A stretch of 64,000 nt of DNA from Okamejei kenojei (Eukaryota), in contig CM069155.1 in assembly GCA_035221665.1 (NCBI GenBank), forward strand, positions 29,512,001 to 29,576,000, read 5' to 3'. This document shows, in pieces, positions 50,065 through 63,696 of this stretch; within the stretch, counting starts at the first letter, position 1, and each line of letters begins with the position of its first letter. A program made the translations under genes and the position numbers. A model generated the notes under the pieces. That model saw nothing but the letters and a program-made list of their open reading frames with translations, made no database searches and had not been told where the DNA came from.

Positions 50065-52821
50065 TGGAGGTGATATGTGTATACACCTTTAATTGATAGT
50101 GACGATGTCCATGCTAACCACCCCCCCCCCCCCCCCCCCCCACCACCCCACCCCCCAACCAGTTAGTATAATTGTAACCCACACGCCCCTAGTTCGCTCT
50201 GTAGTGATCGTGACAGACCACGTACAGCTAGGGCCATATATGATATATGATTAATAAAGTAGTGAAGACCTTAAGGTGTCTGTGTACCTTCTCTACAGGG
50301 CGTCAGAAGTGCTTCTTTCTGCGTCTCCAGTCTATCGCGTTTTCTTTTCTTAGTCCCAGTACCCCCTCCCTGTGCCGTGATGGCTTCTGCCTGTCGTAAA
50401 CCTGACATCCTAGTTTTTGATGCAGACATCACTCATCGCTGGAGTGTGTTCCGACGTGACTTTGAGCACTATGTTACCATCACTGACCCTGCTGTGGTCA
50501 TGGTCAACTACCTGGGAAAGTTCATCCCTGACCTGAGTGAACTGAGTGCCCCTCTGCAGGATCTGGTGAAAAAGGACACTGCCTAGGCCTGGTTCCCGCA
50601 ACACCAGAAAGCATTTGCACCCTCAAATCTAAGCTGATCAGCATGCCAACGCTGAAGTACTTTGACCTCCAGCGCCCCATCGTCCTCACATGTGATGCCT
50701 CTAAGTTTGGCCTCGGGGCCGGCTGCCTGCAGATCCATGACGGGGTGCAACTGCCTGTGTCCTAGACATCCCGCACAATGACGACCGCTGAACAACACTA
50801 CGCCCAGATTGAGAAAGAGCTGCTGGCTGTTGTCTTTGCCTGCTCCAAATTCAAAGACTATATCCTGGGCAACTGCTTCACTGTCGAGACGGACCACCAG
50901 CCTCTGGTCACCATCCTCAACAAGCCGATACACATAGCCTCATCCCGGCTCCAGCGCATGATGCTCCAGCTACAACGCTTCACTTTCACAGTGGTTTATC
51001 GCAAGGGCAAAGACATGTTTGTTGCTGACACGCTGTCTCGGGCGCCTCTCTCATCCACAACCCGACATCCTTATGAGACGTCCGATCTGATAGTCCTAAA
51101 CGTTAACTTCGTGCCCTCCAGTCAGTTGAAGTCCCTGGCCAAGCACACAGCGGCTGACGTTTCGCTACAGCAGCTGGCCGCGATCTTCAAGCAGGGTTGG
51201 CCAGACTGCCGTTCTTCCCTGCCGGCCGCAGCGGTGCTTTACTTCTTGGTTCGTGACGAGTTGGTGCTGCGTGGTGGTGTGATTGTGAAGGGGCACAAGG
51301 TGGTGGTGCCCGCAGCACTACGAGAACAATACTTTGAAACTGCTCATCGTGGCCATCCCGGGGCCGAAGCGACCCTTTCCATCGCTCAGAGCCTACTTCC
51401 GGGATAGGGTCTCCGCGTGCCCTACCTGCTACAGCCTTGCTCCACAGCAACAGCAGCAGCCGCTCTGCAGCAGCCAGCTGCTGACCTGCCATGGTCTGCG
51501 CTAGCAACCGACATCTTTGAGTGGCACGGAAAGCACTTCCTGGTGCTTTTCGACTCTTACTCCAGCTGGTTGAAGTTGACCAGCTCCACTCCCTCTCTTC
51601 CTCCACAGTCATCGAGAAGTTGCGCCGCCACTTTGCCACCTTCAGGTCACCGGCCTGCCTGCAGTCTGGCAGCCAGTGACCAAGTGCCCTTGCCGATCTC
51701 ACCAGCAGCCTTACGGCAACGGGACAGGCCGACGCAGGCGTCCGCGCGGGTCCCATGGCTAAAGGATTGGTAGGAACGTTTGCCGCCTATTCCCGCTACA
51801 AACCAATCTACCTGCCCTGTAGCTGAACATCCCGCAGCGACCATGCCCTGTGGCTTGGCTCACGACTCATGTCCGAGGGCCCATGGTTGCCGGTGTTGTC
51901 TCGGGCAGTCCCTGTCCCCCCCCACCCCCCCCACCCCCCCGTCTTTAAACCTGCCTTGGTCCGGAAACGCATTGCCCAAAAACAAGGTATACAGAAGCGT
52001 TCCCACGACAGATCCTGCCGTGGCCTCTGCCCTCTTCTCCCCAGCCAGGTCGTCCATATGAGGTCCACTTCTGGCCGTTCCAAGCTGGCCGTGGTCGTCG
52101 GTTCTGCCGGTTCCCCTCGTTTGTAACTTGTCAACCATGACGGAAGGGTGTACCGTCGGTCCCGCCAGCATCTCCGGCTCGTGAACGAGCCTCTCCCTCC
52201 CCCGGCGGCTGCGTATGCCCCCCCCCCCCGCTGCCACTGTCGCGGCCCAGTGCTTTGCCCGTTCCTCTGGGGCCAACCCCCCCTCGTCCTCCTCCTGTCC
52301 ACCTCCCGGCTGCGGTCCCGCTTTCTCCGGCTTCCTCGCCCTTCTCTTCGCCGTCCTCCCCGATGCCTTCATCGCCAAGGGGTTCTCCTGTCCGTAGCCC
52401 CCACCATGCCCCGGCGTCCCCGCTTGTTCCCGTCGGGGAAGGAGGTGATGGCGAGGTGCGGAACCGGTCTGGTCGCCTGGTCAGGCCGCCGGTCATTACG
52501 GCGATTACGTGTGATTCTGTATTCCCGTGCTTTACTGTTTGCATTTACCCTAGCGCATGAGACGTGGTCGCCCTGTCACTCACTGTTTGTTTTGGTAGAG
52601 GAAGGTTGTAGATGATATGTGTATACACCTTTAATTGATAGTGACGATGTCCATGCTAACCCCCCCCCCCCCCCCCCCCACACCAGTTAGTATAACTGTA
52701 ACCCACACGACCCTAGCTCTCTCTCTAGTGAACGTGACAGACCACGTACATATAGGGCTATATATCATGTATGATTAATAAAGTAGTGAAGACCTTAAGG
52801 TTTCTGTGTACCTTCTCTACA
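50065..52821 (+). mobile_element. Internally deleted Gypsy LTR retrotransposon
   Basis: LTRs at 50065-50297 and 52607-52821 (TG...CA); TSD TATAG on both sides; PBS-like GGGCGTCAGAAGTG; PPT AGAGGAAGG; RNase H (CDASKFGLGA, YAQIEKELLAVVFA) and integrase fragments. Confidence 0.92.
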
Positions 52822-55800
52822 TATAGTAGACATTATCTATCGTTTAAAGAAAGAACTGCAGACGCGGGAAAAATCGAAGGCAGACAAAATGTGGAGAAAC
52901 TCAGTGGGTGAGGCAGCACCAATGGAGCGAAGGAATGGTTGACGTTTCGAGATCAGTCTGAAGAAGGGTCTCGACACGAAACGTCACCCATCCCTTCGCT
53001 CCATAGATGCTGCCCATACATTACCCATCTGTTTGCCTTGCTTTGAAATTTGTTTCGTTGTTTCGACACTTTTATTCACATAAAATGATTCAAGTATTTT
53101 TATCTACCACATCCCATTTGTTATCAATTTAATAATTTGCAAGGTTATGCGCTGATAGCAAAATAATAATTAATATTGTTCAATTACTTCTGTGCATGAG
53201 CATCTGTGATCTGAAAAGGAGTGTGTTTTGTTTTCAATGTTCCTGTTTTGACCATGCATTTGTTAAATTCTGTACTTTATATCGCCCTCATCGCTTTAAA
53301 CTCAACGGTGCCCATTCCAATTCCTACACCGTTTTCCCTCTCACCTTGCTTTCTCTTCCACTCTGACCCAGCTCTGTATCTTATGTTCTATCCCGCCCTC
53401 ATGTACATCCTTTCTCTGCTTCTCTCCACCACTCTGTTTCTCTGCAATTCTCTGTTTGTTGGCTTTACGCACCGGGAAAGAGAGATTACCCCGATGCACA
53501 GCCAAAGACCGTTTTCGCATCAATTTGCTAAATAAATGTGGATTATTCACATGGTGGAGCCAAACAAAAACAACAGAGGTTTCCATAATCTTTGCTATTT
53601 TTTGTATTGTTTTATTTCTCACGGCAACGTAAAATTACTTTTCAATAGTTTTTTAAAATAATTTATTTGAATGTCCATGTATCTACAATCTTGGGCTCTC
53701 AGATGGTGCAATTAATTAAAATTCGCGACCGATGTATCACCCCTATCAAAACGAATTACGACAACTAGCATTACATTAAAATAAATTGGTGACATTTCGG
53801 GGTGTGCGCGTGTGTNNNNNNNNNNNNNNNNNNNNNNNNNNNNNNNNNNNNNNNNNNNNNNNNNNNNNNNNNNNNNNNNNNNNNNNNNNNNNNNNNNNNN
53901 NNNNNNNNNNNNNNNNNNNNNNNNNNNNNNNNNNNNNNNNNNNNNNNNNNNNNNNNNNNNNNNNNNNNNNNNNNNNNNNNCCCCAGCCAACAATGGTTTA
54001 TTGTGGGCTTCATCCTTTCTGAAGTTATGTGTTGCCAGCCCTGATTTGTTCTGGCCTTGTCATTTACAGTTTCCACCCCCACCTCTTTCAGTCTGAAGAA
54101 GGCTTTCGATCCGAAATATCACCGATTAATTTTCTCCAGAGATGCAGCCTGACTCGCTGAGTTATTCCAGCATTTTTGTGTCTACTGTCGGTTTCAGTTG
54201 TTTAGCAAAATTCCTCCCTATCCATGTATTTATTTTTGTTGGTCAGTCAATGCATCGATCGCCCATCCCTACCTGCCATTGAGAAGCTGATGATAAACTA
54301 CCTTGATGCTGTCTGACCTGCTGAGCGACTTTGGCTTTTTGTGTCTATCTTCAGCAACTATAATATTGTGATGCCATTCAGGTTATAATTCCAAAGGTTG
54401 GATCAACGAAATGTGAAAGATGATATAATTCCAAGCCTTGATGTGCTTGTATGTTACATGGCCGACAACTACATTATTATGCAGAAGATAAACACAAAAT
54501 GCTGAAGTAAATCAATGGCCAGGCATAAACTCTAGACACACAGGATAGGTGGCAGCTTCTGCACCAAGCGTCCAATGCAAATAAGCACCTGCAGTTCCAG
54601 GACTCTGCGGACTGCGGCGGGATTTGGGTATGTTGGGGGAGTGAGCTGAGTAGTGGGAAATGGAATACAGCACAGCAAAGTGTGGAATCATACATTTGGG
54701 TAGCAGGGATAAAAGCATGGACTATTTTCTATGGGGAAATAATTCACAAATCGGAGATACATAGGGACTTAGGGGTGCTGTTGCAGGGATTATCAAAAAG
54801 TTAATTTGCAAGTCGAATCAGTAGCAAGGAATGTGAATGCAATGCTAGGATTTATTTGGAGAGGGCTAGAAGACAAAACATGAATGTAATGCTGAGGTTA
54901 TAAGGAACTGCTCAGACTGAATTTGGATCATTATGCACAGTTTTAGGCCCCGTATCTGAGGAAATATGTGTTGGCTTTGGAGAGGGTCCAGAGGAGCTTT
55001 ATGGGAATGATCCAGGAATAAATGGGTTAATATGTGCTGAGCGCACAGGGGCTTGTCTGTATTCGCAGGAGTTTAGAAGGATGAAGGGGCACCTCATTGA
55101 AACTTACCGAATAGTGAAAGGCTTATATAGAGTAAACATGGAGAGGACGTTTTCACTGGTGGGAGAGTCTGGGGCCAGTGGCCATAGGCGCAGCATTAAA
55201 GGGCGTATCTTTAGAAAGGAGATGAGGAGGAATGTTTTTAGTCATGGGGTGGTGAATCTTTGAAATTAATTTCCATAGAGAGGCGTGGATATTTTTACAG
55301 AAAAACATAGAAACATAGAAAATAGGAGCAGTAGAAGGCCATTCGGCCCTTGGAGCCACGACCCTAGCTCTCTCTCTAGTGAACGTGACAGACCACGTAC
55401 ATATAGGGCTATATATCATGTATGATTAATAAAGTAGTGAAGACCTTAAGGTTTCTGTGTACCTTCTCTACATATAGTAGACATTATCTATCGTTTAAAG
55501 AAAGAACTGCAGACGCGGGAAAAATCGAAGGCAGACAAAATATGGAGAAACTCAGTGGGTGAGGCAGCACCAATGGAGCGAAGGAATGGTTGACGTTTCG
55601 AGATCAGTCTGAAGAAGGGTCTCGACACGAAACGTCACCCATCCCTTCGCTCCATAGATGCTGCCCATACATTACCCATATGTTTGCCTTGCTTTGAAAT
55701 TTGTTTCGCTGTTTCGACACTTTTATTCACATAAAATGATTCAAGTATTTTTATCTACCACATCCCATTTGTTATCAATTTAATAATTTGCAAGGTTATG

Positions 55801-58062
55801 CGCTGATAGCAAAATAATAATTAATATTGTTCAATTACTTCTGTGCATGAGCATCTGTGATCTGAAAAGGAGTGTGTTTTGTTTTCAATGTTCCTGTTTT
55901 GACCATGCATTTGTTAAATTCTGTACTTTATATCGCCCTCATCGCTTTAAAACTCAACGGTGCCCATTCCAATTCCTACACCGTTTTCCCTCTCACTTGC
56001 TTTCTCTTCCACTCTGACCAGCTCTGTTATCTTATGTTCTATTCCGCCCTCATGTACATCCTTTCTCTGCTTCTCTCCACCACTCTGTTTTCTCTGCAAT
56101 TCTCTGTTTGTTGGCTTTACGCACGGGAAAGAGAGATTACCCCGATGCACAGCCAAAGACCGTTTTCGCATCAATTTGCTAAATAAATGTGGATTATTCA
56201 CATGGTGGAGCCAAACAAAAACAACAGAGGTTTCCATAATCTTTGCTATTTTTTGTATTGTTTTATTTCTCACGGCAACGTAAAATTACTTTTCAATTTG
56301 GGATTGTGCGGTGGGGAGTTTTTTAAAATTGTGAATTTATTTGAATGTCCTGTATTCTAATCTTGGGCTCTCAGATGGTGCAATTAATTACAATTCGCGA
56401 CCGATGTATCACCCCTATCAAAACGAATTACGACAACTAGCATTACATTAAAATAAATTGNNNNNNNNNNNNNNNNNNNNNNNNNNNNNNNNNNNNNNNN
56501 NNNNNNNNNNNNNNNNNNNNNNNNNNNNNNNNNNNNNNNNNNNNNNNNNNNNNNNNNNNNNNNNNNNNNNNNNNNNNNNNNNNNNNNNNNNNNNNNNNNN
56601 NNNNNNNNNNNNNNNNNNNNNNNNNNNNNNNNNNNNNNNNNNNNNNNNNNNNNNNNNNNNNNNNNNNNCCCCAGCCAACAATGGTTTATTGTGGGCTTCA
56701 TCCTTTCTGAAGTTATGTGTTGCCAGCCCTGATTTGTTCTGGCCTTGTCATTTACAGTTTCCACCTCCACCCCACCTCTTTCAGTCTGAAGAAGGCTTTC
56801 GATCCGAAATATCACCGATTAATTTTCTCCAGAGATGCAGCCTGACTCGCTGAGTTATTCCAGCATTTTTGTGTCTACTGTCGGTTTCAGTTGTTTAGCA
56901 AAATTCCTCCCTATCCATGTATTTATTTTTGGGATTAATGTATTGTTGGTCAGTCAATGCATCGATCGCCCATCCCTACCTGCCATTGAGAAGCTGATGA
57001 TAAACTACCTTGATGCTGTCTGACCTGCTGAGCGACTTTGGCTTTTTGTGTCTATCTTCAGCAACTATAATATTGTGATGCCATTCAGGTTATAATTCCA
57101 AAGGTTGGATCAACGAAATGTGAAAGATGATATAATTCCAAGCCTTGATGTGCTTGTATGTTACATGGCCGACAACTACATTATTATGCAGAAGATAAAC
57201 ACAAAATGCTGAAGTAAATCAATGGCCAGGCATAAACTCTAGACACACAGGATAGGTGGCAGCTTCTGCACCAAGCGTCCAATGCAAATAAGCACCTGCA
57301 GTTCCAGGACTCTGCGGACTGCGGCGGGATTTGGGTATGTTGGGGGAGTGAGCTGAGTAGTGGGAAATGGAATACAGCACAGCAAAGTGTGGAATCATAC
57401 ATTTGGGTAGCAGGGATAAAAGCATGGACTATTTTCTATGGGGAAATAATTCACAAATCGGAGATACATAGGGACTTAGGGGTGCTGTTGCAGGGATTAC
57501 CAAAAAGTTAATTTGCAAGTCGAATCAGTAGCAAGGAATGTGAATGCAATGCTAGGATTTATTTGGAGAGGGCTAGAAGACAAAACATGAATGTAATGCT
57601 GAGGTTATAAGGAACTGTCAGACTGAATTTGATCATTATGCACAGTTTTAGGCCCCGTATCTGAGGAAATATGTGTTGGCTTTGGAGAGGGTCCAGAGGA
57701 GCTTTATGAGAATGATCCCAGGAATAAATGGGTTAATATGTGCTGAGCGCACAGGGCTTGTCTGTATTCGCAGGAGTTTAGAAGGATGAAGGGGCACCTC
57801 ATTGAAACTTACCGAATAGTGAAAGGCTTATATAGAGTAAACATGGAGAGGACGTTTTCACTGGTGGGAGAGTCTGGGGCCAGTGGCCATAGGCGCAGCA
57901 TTAAAGGGCGTATCTTTAGAAAGGAGATGAGGAGGAATGTTTTTAGTCATGGGGTGGTGAATCTTTGGAATTAATTTCCATAGAGAGGCGTGGATATTTT
58001 TACAGAAAAACATAGAAACATAGAAAATAGGAGCAGTAGAAGGCCATTCGGCCCTTGGAGCC
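52707..58062 (+). repeat. Head-to-tail tandem duplication of about 2.7 kb (52707-55357 and 55358-58062)
   Basis: The junction at 55357/55358 fuses a CR1 3' UTR to mid-LTR sequence; the two units are near-identical. Confidence 0.88.
52845..53015. mobile_element. Palindromic Penelope-like remnant with a hammerhead motif (52958-52985)
   Basis: CTGAAGAAGGGTCTCGACACGAAACGTC (one stem II mismatch) within inverted arms; duplicate motif at 55609-55636. Confidence 0.7.
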
Positions 58063-59500
58063 TGCACCAACATCCAATATGATCATGCCTAATCATCCAT
58101 AATCAGTACTCCGTTCCTGAATTGTCCCCCATATCCCTTGATTCCGTTAGCCCTAACATCTATATCTAACTCTCTTGAAAACATCCAATGAATTGGCACC
58201 GACTGCCTTCTGTGGCAGAGAATCCTACAGATTCACAACACACTTTGTGAAAACGTTTCTCCTCATCTCAGTCCCAATGGCCTAACCCTTATTTAGTCTT
58301 GGTTTGTTCTGTTCACCCACCCCGCATCGGGGGAAAAAAAAATCTGCATCTAGCTGTCCAAACCCTTCAGAATTTTATATGTTTCTATAAGATCTCTTCT
58401 CATCCTTCTAATTTCAGTGAATTCAAGCCCAGTCGTTCTCATTCTTTCATCATATGTCATTCCCACCATCCCGGAAATTACCCTGGGTGAACTTACGCAG
58501 CACTCCCTCAATAGGAAGAATGTCCTTCCATAACATTAGGGGATCAAAACTGCACACAATAGTCCAGTTGTGGTCTCATCAGGGCCCTGTACATCTGCAG
58601 TAGGACCTCCTTGCTCCTATACTCAAATCCTCTCGCTATGAAGGCCAACATGCCATATCATTTCTTCACTGCCTGCAGTGAAGGATGTACAAGGAAATCC
58701 AGGCCTCGTTGCACCATACCTTTTCCTAATCTGATTACCAGATTATAATCTGCCTTTTTGTTCTTGCCAGCAAAATGGATAACCTCACGTGTATCCACAT
58801 TATACTGCATCTGCCATGTATCTGCCCACTCACCAACCTATCCAAATTCAACCTACAGCCCCATACCACCCTCCTCGCAGCTCACACTGCCATCCAGCTT
58901 TGTGTCATCCGCAAACTTGGAGATGTTACTTTTAATTTCCTCACCTAGATCGTTAATATATATTGTAAATAACTGGGGTTACAGCACTGAGCCTTGCGGC
59001 ACCCCACCAATCATTGTCTGCCATTCTGAAAAGGACCCGTTAATTCCTTCTCTTCGCTTCCTGCCTGCCAACCAGGTATCCATGTCAATACCCTGCTCCC
59101 AAAACCATGTGCTCTAATTTTGACCACTAATCTCTTGTGTGGGACCTTGTCCCAGGCGTTTTGAATGCCCAGATACAACACATCAACTGGCTCTCCCTTT
59201 TCCATTCTACTTGTTACATCTCAAAAGTTTCAGAAGATTAGTCAATGCATGATTTCCCCTTCATAAATCCCTGCTGACTTTGTCCGATCCCTTCATTGCT
59301 TTCCAAATACGCTGCAATTACATCTTTTATAATTTAATAATTTTAAAGTGGAGGTTGACAGATCCTTGATTGGTACAGGGGTACGGATATAAGATGAGAA
59401 TGGTGTTTAGAGGTTAAGGTAGATCGGCCACGATAGAATGGCGGAGTAGCTTTGATGGGCCGAATGGCATAATTCTGCTCATAGAACAATGAATTTATGA
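57300..59500. mobile_element. Nested CR1(+)/CR1(-) block, diverged paralog of 10725-13045, lacking the 99-bp insertion
   Basis: Colinear with 10725-13045 and has the same nesting junction. Confidence 0.75.
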
Positions 59501-60279
59501 ACTTATGAATTATGTGTCTGGTTCTTGAATGCCTTGGTGACCATTTTGTTGCGGTTATACGTAAGGGGACCGATTAGAATGCATTCTGTAGACGGCACAG
59601 ACCGTGGGCGTGTTGCACTTGTGGCAAAGAGAGACAAAGGATGGGATTATGTCATTGAAATAAAAACTTAATCCTGTAAAATGTCGGACTTCTTGAATGT
59701 TGTCGGAGCAGAAACCATCACGTGTGGCAAGGATATCATCACAGCCATATTGCTCTTTTTTGAGCAATATCAGAGAAGTCTTGAGAATTTGGTATTGAGT
59801 GGGGAACTGTAATGAGATTGAATGGAGATAGATTATTTTGGTTCCAACACGATCTTAATGAAGCAGTAAATCTCACGCCTTTACGCTCATTAAACCTGAA
59901 CTGATATAAACGGCGGTTAATAATAATACGTCATATGAATTTCTGCTCTTCCAGGTTTCTGATTGCTGCAGCTGGTCTGGGGAACTCGAAAGTCCTGGCA
60001 CCTTTCGGGGTCATGATCTAATGTGCAGTCTTTTCTTCTCTCTCTCTCTCTCTCTCTCTCTTCCTCATGAAGGTGAGTTCTGTGAGCTGGATCGAAACAT
60101 TCATTTATATAATCAATAAATCTGATCTCGACACAAAAGTAAACTCTGCTTTAAAACTAATTTTCTTCTTTGTACTCAAGAAACAGTGAGCTATTTAGTA
60201 AATCAAGGGCCAAGCTAGTCTCGTATATCTCATGAATTTAGATATCCTAATAGACATCTGGAAGTGCAGTGGGGTCAAC

Positions 60280-61673
60280 GCTGAAACAAAGAGTAGGAAT
60301 AAATGGCGAGTGTACTGGCCGAAAGGCTCGGTGCTGGGACCGCAACTATTTACAAAATGTATTAATGATTTAGATGATGGGATTAAAAGTAACACTAACA
60401 AATTTGCAGATGCACAAAGTTGGGTGGCATTGTGAAGTCGAAGAGTATGCTGGGAGGTTCCAGGGTGACTTGGACAGGTTGAGTGAGTGGGCAGATGCAT
60501 GGCAGATGCAGTATAATGTAGATAATTGTGAGTTTATCCACTTTTAGCCACAAGGAGGCAGATTATTATCTCAATTGTGTCATATTAGGAAAAGGGGAGT
60601 GCAGCGAGACCTGGGTTTCCTTGTACACCAGGTAGTGGAACAGGCAGTGAAGAAAGCTAACGGCATGTTGCCCTTCATAACGAGAGGATTTGAGTAGAGG
60701 GGGAAAGAGGTCCTTCTGCAGTTGCACAGGGCCCTGGTGAGACCACATCTCGAGGATTGTGTGCAGTTTTGGTCTCCTAATTTGAGGAAGGACATCCTTG
60801 CTATTGAGGCAGTGCAGCGTAGGTTCAATCCCAGAACCAGGGGCCACAGTCTAAGAATAAAGGTGGGGGGGGGGGGGGGGGGGAGAGGGGGAGTTTAAAA
60901 CTGTGATGAGAAAAACTTTCCACCCAGAGAGTTGTGAATTTGTGGAATACTCTGCCACAGAAGGCCGCAAAGGCCAATTCACTGGATTAATTTAAAAGTT
61001 AGATAGAGCTCTCGGGGCTAGCGGAATCAATGGATATGGGGAGAAGGCATGCACTGGTTACTGATTGTGGATGATCAGCCATGATCACAATGAATAGCGG
61101 TGCAGGCTCGAAGGGCCAAATGGCCTCCTCCTGCACCCTCCTGAAAATAGAATTTTCTATGTTTCTATCTCATTTGCCATATCTAAATCTTCAATGTTAT
61201 TCATTTGTAGGATGAACGCGTCTTTGGGAATGTAGTATTTATTGCCCATCCAAAAGTGGGAGCACAGAGACACAAGGAACACAGATGCTGGAATCATGAT
61301 AAAACACAAAGTGCTAGGGTAGCACGGGGTGTGCTTCAGGATTCTGTGCTGGGCCCGTTAATGTTTATCATCTATATCAATGATTTGAATGGGATCATGC
61401 TTGGTAAGATTAGCAAGTTTGCCGATGATACAAACTTGGGAGGTTTTGCAGATATTGGAGAGGATTGTGAAGAAGTGCAGCAGGTTCTTGATCAATTGGC
61501 CAGGTAGGCTGAGGAATGGTTGATGGAATTTAATGCAGAAAAATGTAAAATGTTGCATTTTGGGAATTCTAACATAGGCAGGACCTGGGCAGTCGACGGT
61601 AGAGCGGGTGCTCAAAAAGGCTTTTGGCACATTGGCCTTCATCAGCCACAGTAATGAGTATAGAGTTTGAGGT

Positions 61674-61732
<59 letters not shown>

Positions 61733-62140
61733 GTTGAGTAGGCTGGGACTCTATTCTTGGAGAGCAGGAAGATGAGGGGAAATATTATAAAAGTATATAG
61801 GGTCGTGAGATGAATAGATCGGGTAGATGTACAGTCCCTTGCCCAGAGTAGGTGAATCGAGGTCCAGGTTTATGGTGACGGGGCAAAGATTTAATAGGAA
61901 TCTGAGCGGTAACCTTTTCCTCAGAGGGTGGTGGATGTATGGAACAAGCAGCCAGAGGAGGTAGTTGTGCCAGGGACTATCCCAACGTTTAAAAAACAGT
62001 TAGGCAAGTAAATTGATATGACGGATTTGGAGGGATATGGACCCAATACGGGCAGGTGGGAGTTGTGTAGATGGGACGTTGGCCGATGTGGGAAAGTTGG
62101 GTGGAAGGGCCTGTTTCCACACTCTATGACTCTATGACTC
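60280..62140 (+). mobile_element. Degraded CR1 fragments, paralog of 37395-39165
   Basis: GSVLGP, ISKFADDT and 3' UTR motifs. Confidence 0.72.
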
Positions 62141-62389
62141 TCTTTGACTCCATGGCGGATCATGTAGCATCTGCGGATCGGCATTTGGGTGTTTCGCGTG
62201 TTCATATTCTCACGGTATTGCACGTTGCAAAGTTTAAAACGTGCAGCAATAAGAGAATGATGAGAACGGTGAGAGCAGGGACCTGTGTAATTAAACGATT
62301 AGGTAAACTTGCTAGTCGTAGTGATATGCCTACGTTCAGAGTGACATGCGCCCAATTGCAGCTCATTCTGTAGATGATACACATTGTAG

Positions 62390-62595
62390 TCACTTTAGTT
62401 TAATTTGGAGATACAGCGCGGAAACAGATCCTTCTACCCACTGATCAACAGTACCCGCACATTAACATTATCCTACACACTTTATGAACAATATATAATA
62501 TTAGCAAACCAATGAACCTCCCAATCTGTCTTTGTAGTGTGGGAGGAAACCGGAGCTTCCTGGGAAATCCCAGGCAGTTCATGGGGAAAACGTAG
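62390..62595 (-). mobile_element. SINE fragment (HE1/V-SINE-like)
   Basis: Same as 39445-39645. Confidence 0.6.
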
Positions 62596-63527
62596 TGGTG
62601 AAAGGATGAACGGTTAAGTTAATGGGATGGCTTGACCAGTCATGTGCACTGCTAAACTTATTTAGTTTAATGACAATTTAAGGACAATTATTGTTGATAA
62701 GTCTTTTTCTCACCCGCTATTTCCCGAAAACCGCTCTTCGTGTTTTTCCCTTGTCAGTTTTGCCAGATAGCTGGAGTTCCCGTATTCTATTCAACTTTAA
62801 TTGAATATGGATGTGCTGTGTGTAAAATTCCTGTCGTCCTGCCGTACTACAAAGTCGAAAGAACTCTGGAAGTGGACGGTGAGAGTCAATGTGACCCCTT
62901 TTCCTCACTCATATATGCATTAATTTGGTACAGGTAACCTTTCCACTTTGAGTCGTGGCAAGTTTTGCGAATTACTGCGCATTACAACATGAAACTTTTC
63001 CAAGCACGACACACATCGGGTGGTCAAAATTGCCTCCAAAACTGCAACTTTACTGAGATTTGCAGTGATGTTCTGTCCCCTCAGGTTCTTTCTGAATTAT
63101 CTGATACACAAGTAGAAGGGCAGCCTGTGGGATTTACGATTTTTAAAATTACAAAGATATTTAGATTTAATGTGATATATAATTAAACAAAAAGTGCCGA
63201 GGAGGTGACTGTTATCATGTTTTAGTCAGCGATACGGATTCAGTTGGACCGTTTAGATAAAATATTTATATTCCCATTTCATTGGTGATTAAACAGTTAC
63301 CAAATATAACATTGAATACTCGCAGACAATTTGTTTAATATATATACGCGGTGGGGTCATATTGAAAATTATAGATTGTTTGTTAATAAAGAAGGGGAAA
63401 CTGTGGCAATCCTTGTTATTCTGATGTATGTATGAGAATACATGAAGCTTTTTAGAAATACAAATCTCTAAAATAAGACCTGCATGTTTCACAGTGGCGA
63501 ATATTTTGAGGAAGAATCTGACAATTT

Positions 63528-63621
63528 CTGATTGGCTATCGACGAGCATAATATATATACCGGTTTGATTGGTTTGGAGAGATAAACACACGGTGAACAT
63601 CCTCGTCATTCCATTTATAAA
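63528..63621 (+). promoter_or_regulatory. IgL copy 4 promoter
   Basis: CTGATTGG at 63528, TGATTGG at 63566 and TATAAA at 63616. Confidence 0.55.
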
Positions 63622-63696
63622 AGAGCCAGAGAGCAAGATTACAACTCCACTTGTCCTGGAACTGCCGCCCCATCGGAGCTCAGTCGGTTAAATGAA

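Noticed and set aside
51780-52615. Several overlapping Pro/Gly-rich ORFs
   Set aside because: GC-rich 3' region of the Gypsy element, not host genes.
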